A stretch of 64,000 nt of DNA from Candidatus Latescibacterota bacterium (GTDB lineage: Bacteria; Latescibacterota; UBA2968). Both the position numbers and the translations under genes were made by a program. A model generated the notes under the pieces. The model saw only the letters and a program-made list of their open reading frames with translations. It was not told the origin of the DNA and made no database searches. The DNA lies in contig OZ242010.1 of NCBI GenBank assembly GCA_965204745.1, positions 4,768,001 through 4,832,000 on the forward strand. Reading direction: 5' to 3'. This document shows, one piece after another, positions 9,654 through 18,602 of the stretch. Every line of letters begins with the position of its first letter. Position 1 is the stretch's first letter.

Positions 9654-10843
9654 TAACTCCTCGGATAAAACACGTCCACCATCGTTTCCACATCGTCCCA
9701 CGCGCAGTTGAATCGCTCCTCGAAGCCGCGATGGATAGCGCGCTCGACTTCTGTCTCCTCTGGCAATGGGAACACAATGGTCTCGCGGTTGCCCGCGATA
9801 GACGCATTCACCGCGAGATTCATCTCTTGATCCAACCGCCCGAGTTCCGCGCCGTAATCCGGCTCGCGGTCTTCCCGCACCGCATTGGCAATGCTCGACA
9901 ACTCATCGGCAATCGCCACTCGGCCCTCGCTCAAGGCGTAATGGGCAAACGGATTTTCCCACGCTATCGCGCCGGTGGGCAACGCATAGCGAATCTCGCG
10001 CAACACCTCGGTGCCATTCACCGTCTCTGTCACGCGCACCGGTTCATGCGCCACGGCCCGCGCGCCGGTTTCCAACTCTCCTTTTGGCACCACGTACACC
10101 GCGCCATCCACAATACTGCCCGCAGTGCCGTCGATTTCGTCCATCCCCGCTTGCTTGCGCCCGAGTGACCGCGCGTGAATCACATTGGAATACACCATCA
10201 GCGCGGCCACATCATTGTCAAATTCCAGAAAACTCAAACTCCAATTCTCCTGCTCGTGATGCCGTTTCATCAAATCAATATGCGGAATCACGGGCGTTGC
10301 ATGGCGCAAGCCAATCACCTGTTTGGGATTGCCGCCTGCCAACACGCGCAACAAACTCATCCCGTGGTACCCGCCCTCGTGGCAAATGCGGTAAATGCGG
10401 CTGATCTCGCCGATGACATTCGACGTGAGCACCAATTTTTTCAACCGCTCGATGGGCGCGCGATAATAATTCTCTGCAACTTCAAAATAAACGCCTGCCT
10501 CGCGCGCGGTCCGCACCATCAAATCCGCGGCGGGGCGGGTCATCGCAATCGGCGTCTCTACGAGTTGATGCACGCCCGCTTGCGACAAAAAGCAGGAAAG
10601 CGCGTGGTGCGCGCCACTGGGCACCACCACGTCGGCGATGTCGAGGTCTTCCTCATCCACCAAATCGCGCACGCTCGTATAAGCCCGCACCCCGTGTTTA
10701 TCGGCCAGACTTTGCGCCGTGGCTGCATCCATATCGCAGATGGCGACCAAGTCAAACACATCTTCCATCGCCGCGATCACGGGCAAATGCGCCCCCGCGC
10801 CCCTGCGTCCTGCGCCCACGAGTGCAATTTTGAGACGATCCAT
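9653..10843 (-). CDS. Gfo/Idh/MocA family oxidoreductase
   Basis: KIALVGAGRRG Rossmann fold, LVAICD, LVETPIA, VAENY. Confidence 0.85.
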   Translation of the reverse strand: MDRLKIALVGAGRRGAGAHLPVIAAMEDVFDLVAICDMDAATAQSLADKHGVRAYTSVRDLVDEEDLDIADVVVPSGAHHALSCFLSQAGVHQLVETPIAMTRPAADLMVRTAREAGVYFEVAENYYRAPIERLKKLVLTSNVIGEISRIYRICHEGGYHGMSLLRVLAGGNPKQVIGLRHATPVIPHIDLMKRHHEQENWSLSFLEFDNDVAALMVYSNVIHARSLGRKQAGMDEIDGTAGSIVDGAVYVVPKGELETGARAVAHEPVRVTETVNGTEVLREIRYALPTGAIAWENPFAHYALSEGRVAIADELSSIANAVREDREPDYGAELGRLDQEMNLAVNASIAGNRETIVFPLPEETEVERAIHRGFEERFNCAWDDVETMVDVFYPRS

Positions 10844-10940
10844 AACACCCTCCGAAAAAAACAATCCGCTTGCGAAATTCTGACATTGCCCTATCTTTGC
10901 AAAAACTCGCGGCAGAATCAACCCCAAACAGGAGGCGGTC

Positions 10941-11357
10941 ATGTCCAAAAACAAAACCATCGGCGGTTGCGGCTTTCACCACGTCGCCATTCGCGCCCAC
11001 GACTTTGACGCATCAGTCGCATTTTACACCGAAGCCCTCGGGTTTCGCAAAAAAATCGCCTGGGGCGAGGGCAAAAGGCGTGCGATCATGCTCGATACGG
11101 GCGATGGGAACTACCTCGAGATTTTTGCCAATGGCACGGACGAACCCAAAGCCGAGGGCTCGATCATCCACTTTGCCCTGCGTACCAGCGATTGCGACTC
11201 GGCCCTTGAACGCGCCCGCGCCGCAGGTGCCCAAGTCACCGTCGAACCCAAAGACGTCAACATCCCCAGCGAACCCCACGAAACCCCGGTGCGTATCGCC
11301 TTCTGCAAAGGCCCGGATGGGGAGGTCATCGAATTTTTTCAAAACGAACTGACGTAA
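10941..11357 (+). CDS. VOC/glyoxalase family protein
   Basis: GFHHVAI..FY...LG, YLEIF, HFAL, GPDGEVIEF. Confidence 0.88.
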   Translation: MSKNKTIGGCGFHHVAIRAHDFDASVAFYTEALGFRKKIAWGEGKRRAIMLDTGDGNYLEIFANGTDEPKAEGSIIHFALRTSDCDSALERARAAGAQVTVEPKDVNIPSEPHETPVRIAFCKGPDGEVIEFFQNELT

Positions 11358-11376
11358 CAGGGAGCGAGGAGAAACG

Positions 11377-11799
11377 ATGAAAAAAATCGCACTTATTTTG
11401 TGCTGGGCGTTTGTCATTGCCGGGTGCGGCGATGACAACCCCGCCAATTCGGGCCGACCCGTCGTTGACCAAAACATCGATCTGCCGGCTGGGAATTACG
11501 TTCAATTCCGCTTTACTGTCGATACGGACACACAGCAAAACGTCGTTCTCCAAGGCGAGTTCAGCGTTGAGAACGGCACCGTGCAGATGGCTGTGATGAA
11601 CGAATCCGAATTTCGGACATGGCAAACAGGGGGAACGCCCGGCGTGCTTTATAGCCCGGGCAATACCTCTGGCGAGACCTTTCGCCTGCCCATTGACGAT
11701 AGCGACACCTACTATATCGTTTTTAGCAACAGGGGGACAACTGCTGTTACGATTGAGGCCGATATTTCCCTGTTCAGCATCGCCGAGACCGAGGATTAG
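11377..11799 (+). CDS. Putative lipoprotein with a beta-sandwich domain
   Basis: Signal peptide with lipobox IAGC; DTYYIVFSN. Confidence 0.7.
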   Translation: MKKIALILCWAFVIAGCGDDNPANSGRPVVDQNIDLPAGNYVQFRFTVDTDTQQNVVLQGEFSVENGTVQMAVMNESEFRTWQTGGTPGVLYSPGNTSGETFRLPIDDSDTYYIVFSNRGTTAVTIEADISLFSIAETED

Positions 11800-11864
11800 G
11801 CGAGCCATACAACTGGCGATTCAAAGGCGAGCCGTGGGTAGGGGCGATGCCCCTGTGCTCGCCC
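11800..11864 (+). repeat. Composite REP-like element, copy 3 (short)
   Basis: TACAACTGGCGATTCAAAGGCGAGCCG followed by GTAGGGGCGATGCCCCTGTGCTCGCCC. Confidence 0.85.
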
Positions 11865-11889
11865 GAAGACACGGCGCATCATGTTCCGA

Positions 11890-11918
11890 TTGACGCCATG
11901 AACGGGAAAGGGTATAAT
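11890..11918 (+). promoter_or_regulatory. Sigma70-type promoter of frdA/sdhA
   Basis: TTGACG-N17-TATAAT, 40 nt upstream of the ATG. Confidence 0.75.
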
Positions 11919-11957
11919 AGGCCCCGTTCTTTGTTAAACCACAATGAAGAGGTATTT

Positions 11958-13664
11958 ATGAACATCCCCAAACACGACGTGCTCTTAGTCGGTGGCGGTG
12001 GGGCCGGGTTGCGCGCTGCTATCGCCGCATCAGAAGCCTATCCGGGCGCGGATATTGGCGTGGTCTCCAAAGTCTATCCCATGCGAAGCCACACGGTCTC
12101 TGCCGAAGGGGGCACGGCAGCGGCACTGCGCGAAGACGACAGCCTTGACCTGCACGCCTACGACACCATCAAAGGCAGCGACTTCTTGGCGGATCAAGAC
12201 GTGGTCGAAGCCTTTGTCAAAGAAGCCGTTGACGAAGTCATCCAACTCGAGCATTGGGGGTGCCCCTGGAGCCGCGACGAAGACGGTCGCGTGAGCGTCC
12301 GCGCCTTTGGTGGCATGAGCGTCAAACGCACCCTCTTTGCCGCCGATAAAACCGGCTTCCACATGCTGCACGCCCTCTTTCAAACCTCCCTCAAATACGA
12401 CGCCATCACCCGCTACGACGAGTGGTTCGTCACCTCGTTGCTCGTCGACGACGGCCGGGTGTGCGGCGTCGCGGCCCTCGACATCCGCTCTGGGGGCATT
12501 TGTGCCATCGCCGCCAAATCCGTCATTCTCTGCACGGGCGGCGCGGGCAAAATTTTTCCATTTACCACCAATGCCGCCATCAAAAACGGCGACGGCATGG
12601 CCCTTGCCTACCGCATTGGCTGTCCCTTGAAAGACCTCGAGTTTGTGCAATACCACCCCACGGGCTTGCCCGGCACCGGCATCCTCATGACCGAAGCCTC
12701 GCGGGGCGAGGGCGGGCACCTCGTCAACAGCAAAGGCGAACGCTACTTGAGTGAATACGTCCCCGGCAAAATGGAACTGGGGCCGCGCGACATCCTGTCT
12801 CGTTCCTTTGTTCACGAACAGGGCAAGGGCAATGTTTTTGAAGGGCCGGATGGGAGCTATGTCCACCTCGACCTTCGGCACTTGGGCGAAAAAGTCATCG
12901 ACGAAAAACTGCCCTTTGTGCGCGAACTCACCCGCAACTACGTCGGCATCGACCCGGTTTATGAACCCATTCCGGTGCGCCCGGTGGTTCACTACTGCAT
13001 GGGCGGCGTGCATACCGACATCCACGGCGCGACGCCCATCTCGGGTCTTTATGCCGCAGGCGAAGCCGCTTGCGTCAGCCTCAATGGCGCCAATCGCTTG
13101 GGGTCCAACTCCCTGACCGAGTGCTTGGTCTTTGGCGCGCGTGCGGGCAAAGTGGCCGCCCAACACGCTGCCGACATCGATTTTGCGGATTCTGGCCTGA
13201 TGAGCAAAATGGCGCAGGACGAGCAACGGCGCATCGAAACCCAGTTTTTTGGCGACAACGGCACCGAGCGCGTGGCCCATATCCGCGATGATCTCCGCAA
13301 AACAATGGAAGAAGGCGCGGGGATTTTCCGCACCGAGGACGCGCTCAAAGCCACCTGCGACACCATTCGCACCCTCAAGGAACGCTATGAAAACGTCGCC
13401 ATAGACGACCACTCGCGCGTTTTCAATACCGAACTCGTCAATGCCCTCGAGCTGGGTTACATGCTCGACGTGGCCGAAGGGCTCGCGCACTCGGCCCTCT
13501 TGCGCCGCGAATCCCGAGGATCGCACGCGCGTTCAGACTGCGAAGAACGCGATGACGAAAATTTCCTCAACCACTCCCTCGCCTATCGCACCGATGGCGA
13601 CCCCCGAATCGAATACCTGCCCGCCACCCTCACGCGCTGGCAACCCGAAGAGCGGACGTATTGA
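11958..13664 (+). CDS. frdA: Succinate dehydrogenase/fumarate reductase flavoprotein subunit
   Basis: GGGGAG FAD motif, [10 protein letters not shown] covalent-FAD histidine, [33 protein letters not shown]. frdA versus sdhA cannot be resolved from motifs. Confidence 0.9.
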   Translation: MNIPKHDVLLVGGGGAGLRAAIAASEAYPGADIGVVSKVYPMRSHTVSAEGGTAAALREDDSLDLHAYDTIKGSDFLADQDVVEAFVKEAVDEVIQLEHWGCPWSRDEDGRVSVRAFGGMSVKRTLFAADKTGFHMLHALFQTSLKYDAITRYDEWFVTSLLVDDGRVCGVAALDIRSGGICAIAAKSVILCTGGAGKIFPFTTNAAIKNGDGMALAYRIGCPLKDLEFVQYHPTGLPGTGILMTEASRGEGGHLVNSKGERYLSEYVPGKMELGPRDILSRSFVHEQGKGNVFEGPDGSYVHLDLRHLGEKVIDEKLPFVRELTRNYVGIDPVYEPIPVRPVVHYCMGGVHTDIHGATPISGLYAAGEAACVSLNGANRLGSNSLTECLVFGARAGKVAAQHAADIDFADSGLMSKMAQDEQRRIETQFFGDNGTERVAHIRDDLRKTMEEGAGIFRTEDALKATCDTIRTLKERYENVAIDDHSRVFNTELVNALELGYMLDVAEGLAHSALLRRESRGSHARSDCEERDDENFLNHSLAYRTDGDPRIEYLPATLTRWQPEERTY

Positions 13665-13718
13665 GAAGCGGTAAGAGGGGAGAGGTAAGAGGCAAGAGGT
13701 AAGATACTCTCTTAAAGG

Positions 13719-14726
13719 TCAAGGGGATTGCGGGGCGATTCGATAGAATTTCTCGCCCTCAAAATCTTGGTCATGCCGCAACATGCCCCAGATTGAATGG
13801 AGCAACTTTCGCATCACCGCAACGATAGCCTGCAAAGGTTTCTTGCCGCGGGCAATGAGTTGGTCATAGAAGGCTTTGACATGGACTTCGTGTCTGATGG
13901 CCACCCAGGCAGGCATATAGAGGGCATGGCGGAGGTACTTATTCCCGGTTTTCGAGATGCGTCTTTGTGGGTTGGCGGTTCCGGATTGTTTGGGTTTGGG
14001 ATCCAGGCCTGCATGTGCGACCCACTGGGGCGGTTGCATCTCCTCAGGCAAAAGGGTCAACTCGGCCAAGAGCCGCAAGGCGCTCGTTTGTGCGATGCCA
14101 GGCGTCGAGCAGAGGCGTTGGTAGGCGCGCTTGAGGGTCTCATCGTGCAAAACGAGATCGAGGGCTTGGTCTTCCAAGTATGCAATCCGGCGTTTGAGGT
14201 GTCGAATATTCACCTGAATATCGCGTGCGATGCGCCGTGTGCTCAGGATGTGGTAGCTTTGCGCGTGGTTGCGGCTCTGTTCACTGATGATCACCTGCTT
14301 GAGTTGGTCAATGCGTCTGGTGAGGGCTTGCAGTTGAAGCCGTTGCTCACTCGGCGCTTGCCAAGGCACAAACGGCATGCGCTCGGCATAATCCATGATC
14401 AACAACGCATCCTTCGCATCCGTCTTGGCTCGTTGCATGCGGGCTTGACCGTACTTGCTCATCGCTTTGGGATTGACGACCATGACCTTTGTGTGGCGAT
14501 GCCGATGCAAGGCCAAGGCCACCCCCAAGCTGTAAAGCCCGGTCGCTTCGAGGCACACAGAGACCATGTGCCCGCCCTTGGTGAGCCACTTCAGCAACCG
14601 CTTATGGGCTTGGGGATCATTGGCAAAGGTCGCTTGCATGACAGCTTGTCCGGGTCTGGACAGGGCAACAGACAACGTGCGGGCACTGACATCAATGCCG
14701 GCGAAAGCGGGTTGAGATTTCGACAT
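13719..14726 (-). CDS. IS110 family DEDD recombinase/transposase
   Basis: GIDVS, CLEATG, VVNP, AKTDAKDA, PGI, GLDPKPKQSG, SKTGNKYLR, AIVAVMRKLL; RBS AGGAGG. Confidence 0.95.
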   Translation of the reverse strand: MSKSQPAFAGIDVSARTLSVALSRPGQAVMQATFANDPQAHKRLLKWLTKGGHMVSVCLEATGLYSLGVALALHRHRHTKVMVVNPKAMSKYGQARMQRAKTDAKDALLIMDYAERMPFVPWQAPSEQRLQLQALTRRIDQLKQVIISEQSRNHAQSYHILSTRRIARDIQVNIRHLKRRIAYLEDQALDLVLHDETLKRAYQRLCSTPGIAQTSALRLLAELTLLPEEMQPPQWVAHAGLDPKPKQSGTANPQRRISKTGNKYLRHALYMPAWVAIRHEVHVKAFYDQLIARGKKPLQAIVAVMRKLLHSIWGMLRHDQDFEGEKFYRIAPQSP

Positions 14727-14794
14727 GGGGGCCTCCTGTGATGAGGGGTTGTAAGGGGTCTGGTGTGCGCTCGAGTTCGATCCCGACCATTGAC

Positions 14795-14960
14795 GCCAAG
14801 TCTACCGGTCTTGTATATGCAGCCTCAAGGGACTTAGATACTCTTCGGCATAGACCCGGCGGTCGGGGGGCCTATCTTACCTACAAGGTCATCGCCTTCA
14901 AGAGGGGCCGGCCTTCCCCGAGCCGGGCATCAAGATGGCTTATCTCGATACGAGGGCGCA
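14795..14960 (-). ncRNA. Predicted IS110 bridge RNA
   Basis: Two stem/internal-loop modules carrying GGCCCCTCT and AGGTAAG (target loop), and AGAGTATCT and ATACAAGA (donor loop). Ends are approximate. Confidence 0.75.
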
Positions 14961-15046
14961 ACTCCTAATTAACCCTTACTTCCAAGATACAAGAGGGGAG
15001 ACAGCCAGCGCGCTGTTTCTCTCAAGTTGTCAGTTGTCAGTTGTCA

Positions 15047-15131
15047 ATGCGAATTAAGCGTTGAATCCATCGCGTATTTGTCTTTTTTGAGGGCGCAAGC
15101 ATTTCACCCTCAAAGGAAGTAGCGAGCACGC
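15047..15131 (+). mobile_element. Solo left end of an IS982-like element
   Basis: Closely similar to the reverse complement of 63302-63383 (ATGCGAATTAAG...CCCTCAAAGGAAG..GAGCACGC). Confidence 0.65.
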
Positions 15132-15175
15132 AGGGGAGTGTGTCACTTGTTCCACTTACCCTTAGGAGGAGATCT

Positions 15176-18100
15176 ATGAGGCGAGTGAGTCTTTTGTTTT
15201 TTGGGTTGATGGTGCTGGTGGCGTTTTCGGCCAGTGCTGTCGTTGCCGGATCGACCGGCAAAATTTCCGGGAAGGTCGTGGATAAATCCACCGGAGAGAC
15301 CTTGCCCGGTGCCAATGTGGTGATCGCAGGTACCACGTTGGGCGCTGTCACCGATGCCGATGGCAATTATTTTGTCATCAATGTGCCGCCGGGGTCATAC
15401 GCGGTCAGCGCGAGTATGGTGGGGTATCACAAGGCGACTCAGGCCAATGTGCGGGTCTTTATCGACCTGACCACAACGGTGAATTTCTCCGGCGAATTTG
15501 GGCTCGTGGAAGAGACTATCGAGTTGGCAGAAATCACGGTCGTTGCCGAACTCCCTGTGGTGCAGCCCGATATTTCGGCCAATGTCGCCAACATCTCGGC
15601 GGCGGATGTCGAAAACCTGCCCCTGACCAGCGTGAACGAAGTCGTGCGCTTAGAGGCCGGGGTCCTGGCCGCCAACAATGGCGACTTGTCGATTCGGGGC
15701 AGCGATTTGAACGAAATCGCCTTTTCGGTTGACGGCCTGTCCATGCGCGACGGGCGCGAGAACGAGCCGTATTCCACGGTGAGTTATACGTCCATCAAGG
15801 AAATGAGCGTGCAGTCCGGCGGGTTCAATGCCGAATACGGCAATGTGCGGTCGGGCTTGGTCAATATCGTGACCAAAGAAGGCGATAAGCGACGCTACAA
15901 CGGCGATGTGTTGCTGCGATACAGCGGCGCGCAACGCGATTATTTTGGCCCGTTGCCGAATCATCCCATGGGCTATTTTTGGCGGCCCTTTACGGATCCC
16001 GCTGTGAAGAACGTGGGCACGCATTCGCCCGAAAGCCCGTGGGATGTGTACACGCGGCAACAGTACGCACACTGGCCCGGGTGGAATACCATCGTGAGAA
16101 ACTGGGCGAGCGCGCCGCAGGATCCGTATCACGGCGTAGGCGTGAAAGACACGGGCGTGGATGAATCGACCTTGCCAGTCGGCGAATTGCAAGTTGACGA
16201 TGCGATAATTACCGAGTTGTTCGCGTGGTATCGGCGCAAGGATTTGGAAGTTCGCAACGCGGATTTCGATATCGACCTGGGCTTTGGCGGCCCCTTGGTT
16301 CCGGGGGTGAGCGACAAACTGGGCGGGTTGCGGTTCTTTGCGTCTGGCAAGCGCGAGCGCAGGGCGTATATGATACCGCGCTCAATCGATCAGTACGAAA
16401 ACGACTGGGGGCGCGTGAAGGTCACGTCCGATATTCGCACCGACATGAAACTGAGCGTCGAGGCGATGGCCGGCGAAGAGTTCGGGTTGAATCCGAACCA
16501 GAGTGGCTTTCCCAATATGTGGCGCGGCAATCAGGAAATGGGGGTCCGTGGCCAAGATGCAATTTGGGCGAATCACGTCCACAACACGCTTCAAATCCAG
16601 CGCAACAACATCGGCCTCAGCTTTTCGCATGTGTTGAGCCCCAAGACGTTTTACGAATTTCGCGTTCAAAGAATGAATTCGGATTACTCGAGCGACCAAT
16701 ATCCAGAGCGCGACCTGACCGCTGTCGAAAAGACCATTCCGCGCAATCCGGATTTTCCCGCGCCCAATCCCTCGCTCCAGGTTTCGGAGATCACGCAGAA
16801 CCACATCGGGCTGACGGCTGCCCCGGACGAGTATTTTATCAAGAATGAGGCTTTTGTCGACGGCCTGTATTTGGGGGGTCACTGGGCGAATAGCCGCGAT
16901 AATTCCGAAGTCACGGCTTGGACGACGCGCTTTGACATTACGAGCCAGCGCAATCAAGTGGCGCAGTTCAAGGCGGGGGTTGAATTGATCGCCAGCGATT
17001 ACGACATCAATCACGAAAATGCACAGCCATTCTTCAAAAACAACGCGGCGCCCAAATACATCTGGCAACGCACGCCGAGGCAGTTCGCGGCCTATTTGCA
17101 GACCAAGCTCGAGTTCAATGCGATGATCGCAAACTTGGGGGTGCGTTGGGATCGCTGGAATGGGGGTGGCGAATGGTGGGTGTACGAAAATTTCTCCAAT
17201 GCGTTTGGGGCGAAGATCGGCAAGGCCAATCTCGAAGAAGCCCTCGACCAGGCGCCTGTGAAGACCTTGTCGTACTTAAGCCCGCGCTTGGGTATTTCGT
17301 TCCCGGTAACAGCGGACAGCAAGTTGTTTTTCAACTACGGGCATTTCCGCCAGATGCTGAACCCGCACAACCTCTTCCTCGTGGATGAGGTGAATACGGG
17401 CGCGGTCTCGCGGATCGGCAACCCCAATCACCCGATGCCGCGCACGATCAATTACGAACTCGGGTTCGAGCAGAATTTGTTCGACCGGTACTTGCTGCGG
17501 CTGAGCGGGTACTACAAGGCCAACGACGACCAGACGAATGACGTGCGCTACACCAATTTGGACCAAACCGTGTCCTACCGCCTGTTTGAACCCCTCAACT
17601 ACGACGATATCCGGGGGTTTGAAATCACCGTGCGAAAGCGCAGGGGCAGGTGGTTTGGCGGGTTCGTCAACTATACGTATATGCAGGCCAAGGACGGCAA
17701 CTTCGGCCGGGACGAGTTGTTTGAAAACCGCTTGTCACAGGCCAATTTCGATGCGACCTCGACGCGGCACTACCAGAACCGGCCCGTCAGCAGGCCCTTT
17801 GGCCGGTTTGGGCTGGAACTCTACACGCCGCGCGACTTTGGCCCGGCTGTCTCGGGATTTTATCCCTTCGGCAAGTGGGATATGTCCTTTGTGGGCAGTT
17901 GGCGCGTCGGGCAATACTTCAACTGGTATGGCCCGGAAGGCGGGGCCATTGCCGGGTTGACGAACAACGTCCAGTACAAGAGTACTCGGACCATCGACTT
18001 GCGCCTGACCAAGCAGTTCGAGTTGATGGGCGTCAGGTCGATGTTCTTTTTGGACATCGCCAATGTGTTCAATCTCAAGCATCTCAATCGAAACTCTGCC

Positions 18101-18541
18101 GATCCCTCGGGTAGCGACCGAGACTGGGAGGCATATCTCGCATCCCTGCATTTGCCGGAAGATACGTTCGGCGAGTTCAACTCGCCCTATCAGTACATTC
18201 CCGGCAATGACGCGCCCGGCAGTTTCCGCGATTACGGCACGCAATTTGTGCCCATTGAAATCGTCAGTGTAGCCAGCGATTTGCCCGCCAATGGCTTGCC
18301 CGGTGACGCGGAAATCACCCCCGGCTTGCCCGCGGGCCTCGAACCCGACCGCCGCGTTCTGTGGTACGTACAGGAAACCGAGCAGTACCACGAATACCAA
18401 AACGGCTCATGGGCGCAGGCCAATCCGAATTTTGTCGATGAGGTGCTAGACGACAAGTTGTACATCGACATGCCCAACAACGATTTTGTCTGGTTCTTGA
18501 ATCCGCGCCGCATCAACCTGGGCTTGCGGTTCTCGTTCTAA
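15176..18541 (+). CDS. TonB-dependent receptor with N-terminal carboxypeptidase-regulatory-like domain (module A)
   Basis: Signal peptide, GKISGKVVD..TGETLPGANV, plug motif GGFNAEYGN..SG..NIVTK, SPRLG.SFP, C-terminal LGLRFSF. Confidence 0.92.
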   Translation: MRRVSLLFFGLMVLVAFSASAVVAGSTGKISGKVVDKSTGETLPGANVVIAGTTLGAVTDADGNYFVINVPPGSYAVSASMVGYHKATQANVRVFIDLTTTVNFSGEFGLVEETIELAEITVVAELPVVQPDISANVANISAADVENLPLTSVNEVVRLEAGVLAANNGDLSIRGSDLNEIAFSVDGLSMRDGRENEPYSTVSYTSIKEMSVQSGGFNAEYGNVRSGLVNIVTKEGDKRRYNGDVLLRYSGAQRDYFGPLPNHPMGYFWRPFTDPAVKNVGTHSPESPWDVYTRQQYAHWPGWNTIVRNWASAPQDPYHGVGVKDTGVDESTLPVGELQVDDAIITELFAWYRRKDLEVRNADFDIDLGFGGPLVPGVSDKLGGLRFFASGKRERRAYMIPRSIDQYENDWGRVKVTSDIRTDMKLSVEAMAGEEFGLNPNQSGFPNMWRGNQEMGVRGQDAIWANHVHNTLQIQRNNIGLSFSHVLSPKTFYEFRVQRMNSDYSSDQYPERDLTAVEKTIPRNPDFPAPNPSLQVSEITQNHIGLTAAPDEYFIKNEAFVDGLYLGGHWANSRDNSEVTAWTTRFDITSQRNQVAQFKAGVELIASDYDINHENAQPFFKNNAAPKYIWQRTPRQFAAYLQTKLEFNAMIANLGVRWDRWNGGGEWWVYENFSNAFGAKIGKANLEEALDQAPVKTLSYLSPRLGISFPVTADSKLFFNYGHFRQMLNPHNLFLVDEVNTGAVSRIGNPNHPMPRTINYELGFEQNLFDRYLLRLSGYYKANDDQTNDVRYTNLDQTVSYRLFEPLNYDDIRGFEITVRKRRGRWFGGFVNYTYMQAKDGNFGRDELFENRLSQANFDATSTRHYQNRPVSRPFGRFGLELYTPRDFGPAVSGFYPFGKWDMSFVGSWRVGQYFNWYGPEGGAIAGLTNNVQYKSTRTIDLRLTKQFELMGVRSMFFLDIANVFNLKHLNRNSADPSGSDRDWEAYLASLHLPEDTFGEFNSPYQYIPGNDAPGSFRDYGTQFVPIEIVSVASDLPANGLPGDAEITPGLPAGLEPDRRVLWYVQETEQYHEYQNGSWAQANPNFVDEVLDDKLYIDMPNNDFVWFLNPRRINLGLRFSF

Positions 18542-18602
18542 TCAAAGGACTTACCCCTGGCCTCCCTTTCTCGCAAGATAGGGGGCATCAAAGGAGAAAG
18601 CG

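Larger units (their letters stand above)
13702..14986 (-). mobile_element. Complete IS110-family element inserted in a heptamer repeat
   Basis: No TIRs. Minus-strand junctions CTTGTAT-CT-TGGAA (core 14985-14986) and AGAGTAT-CT-TACCT (core 13702-13703) share a CT core. Confidence 0.88.

Noticed and set aside
12030-13526. Long antisense ORFs (also 953-2242, 25370-26656, 32212-33495, 39829-41070, 50402-51697, 57766-59274)
   Set aside because: Shadow frames opposite well-supported genes in GC-rich DNA, with no recognisable motifs.
13704-13722. Junction promoter formed on IS110 circularisation (TTGACC near the transposase stop)
   Set aside because: No -10 hexamer at 16-18 nt spacing across the reconstituted junction, so it could not be supported.
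15047-15131. Riboswitch upstream of the TonB receptor (e.g. cobalamin or TPP)
   Set aside because: No conserved riboswitch motifs; the segment matches the IS-like end at 63302-63383.
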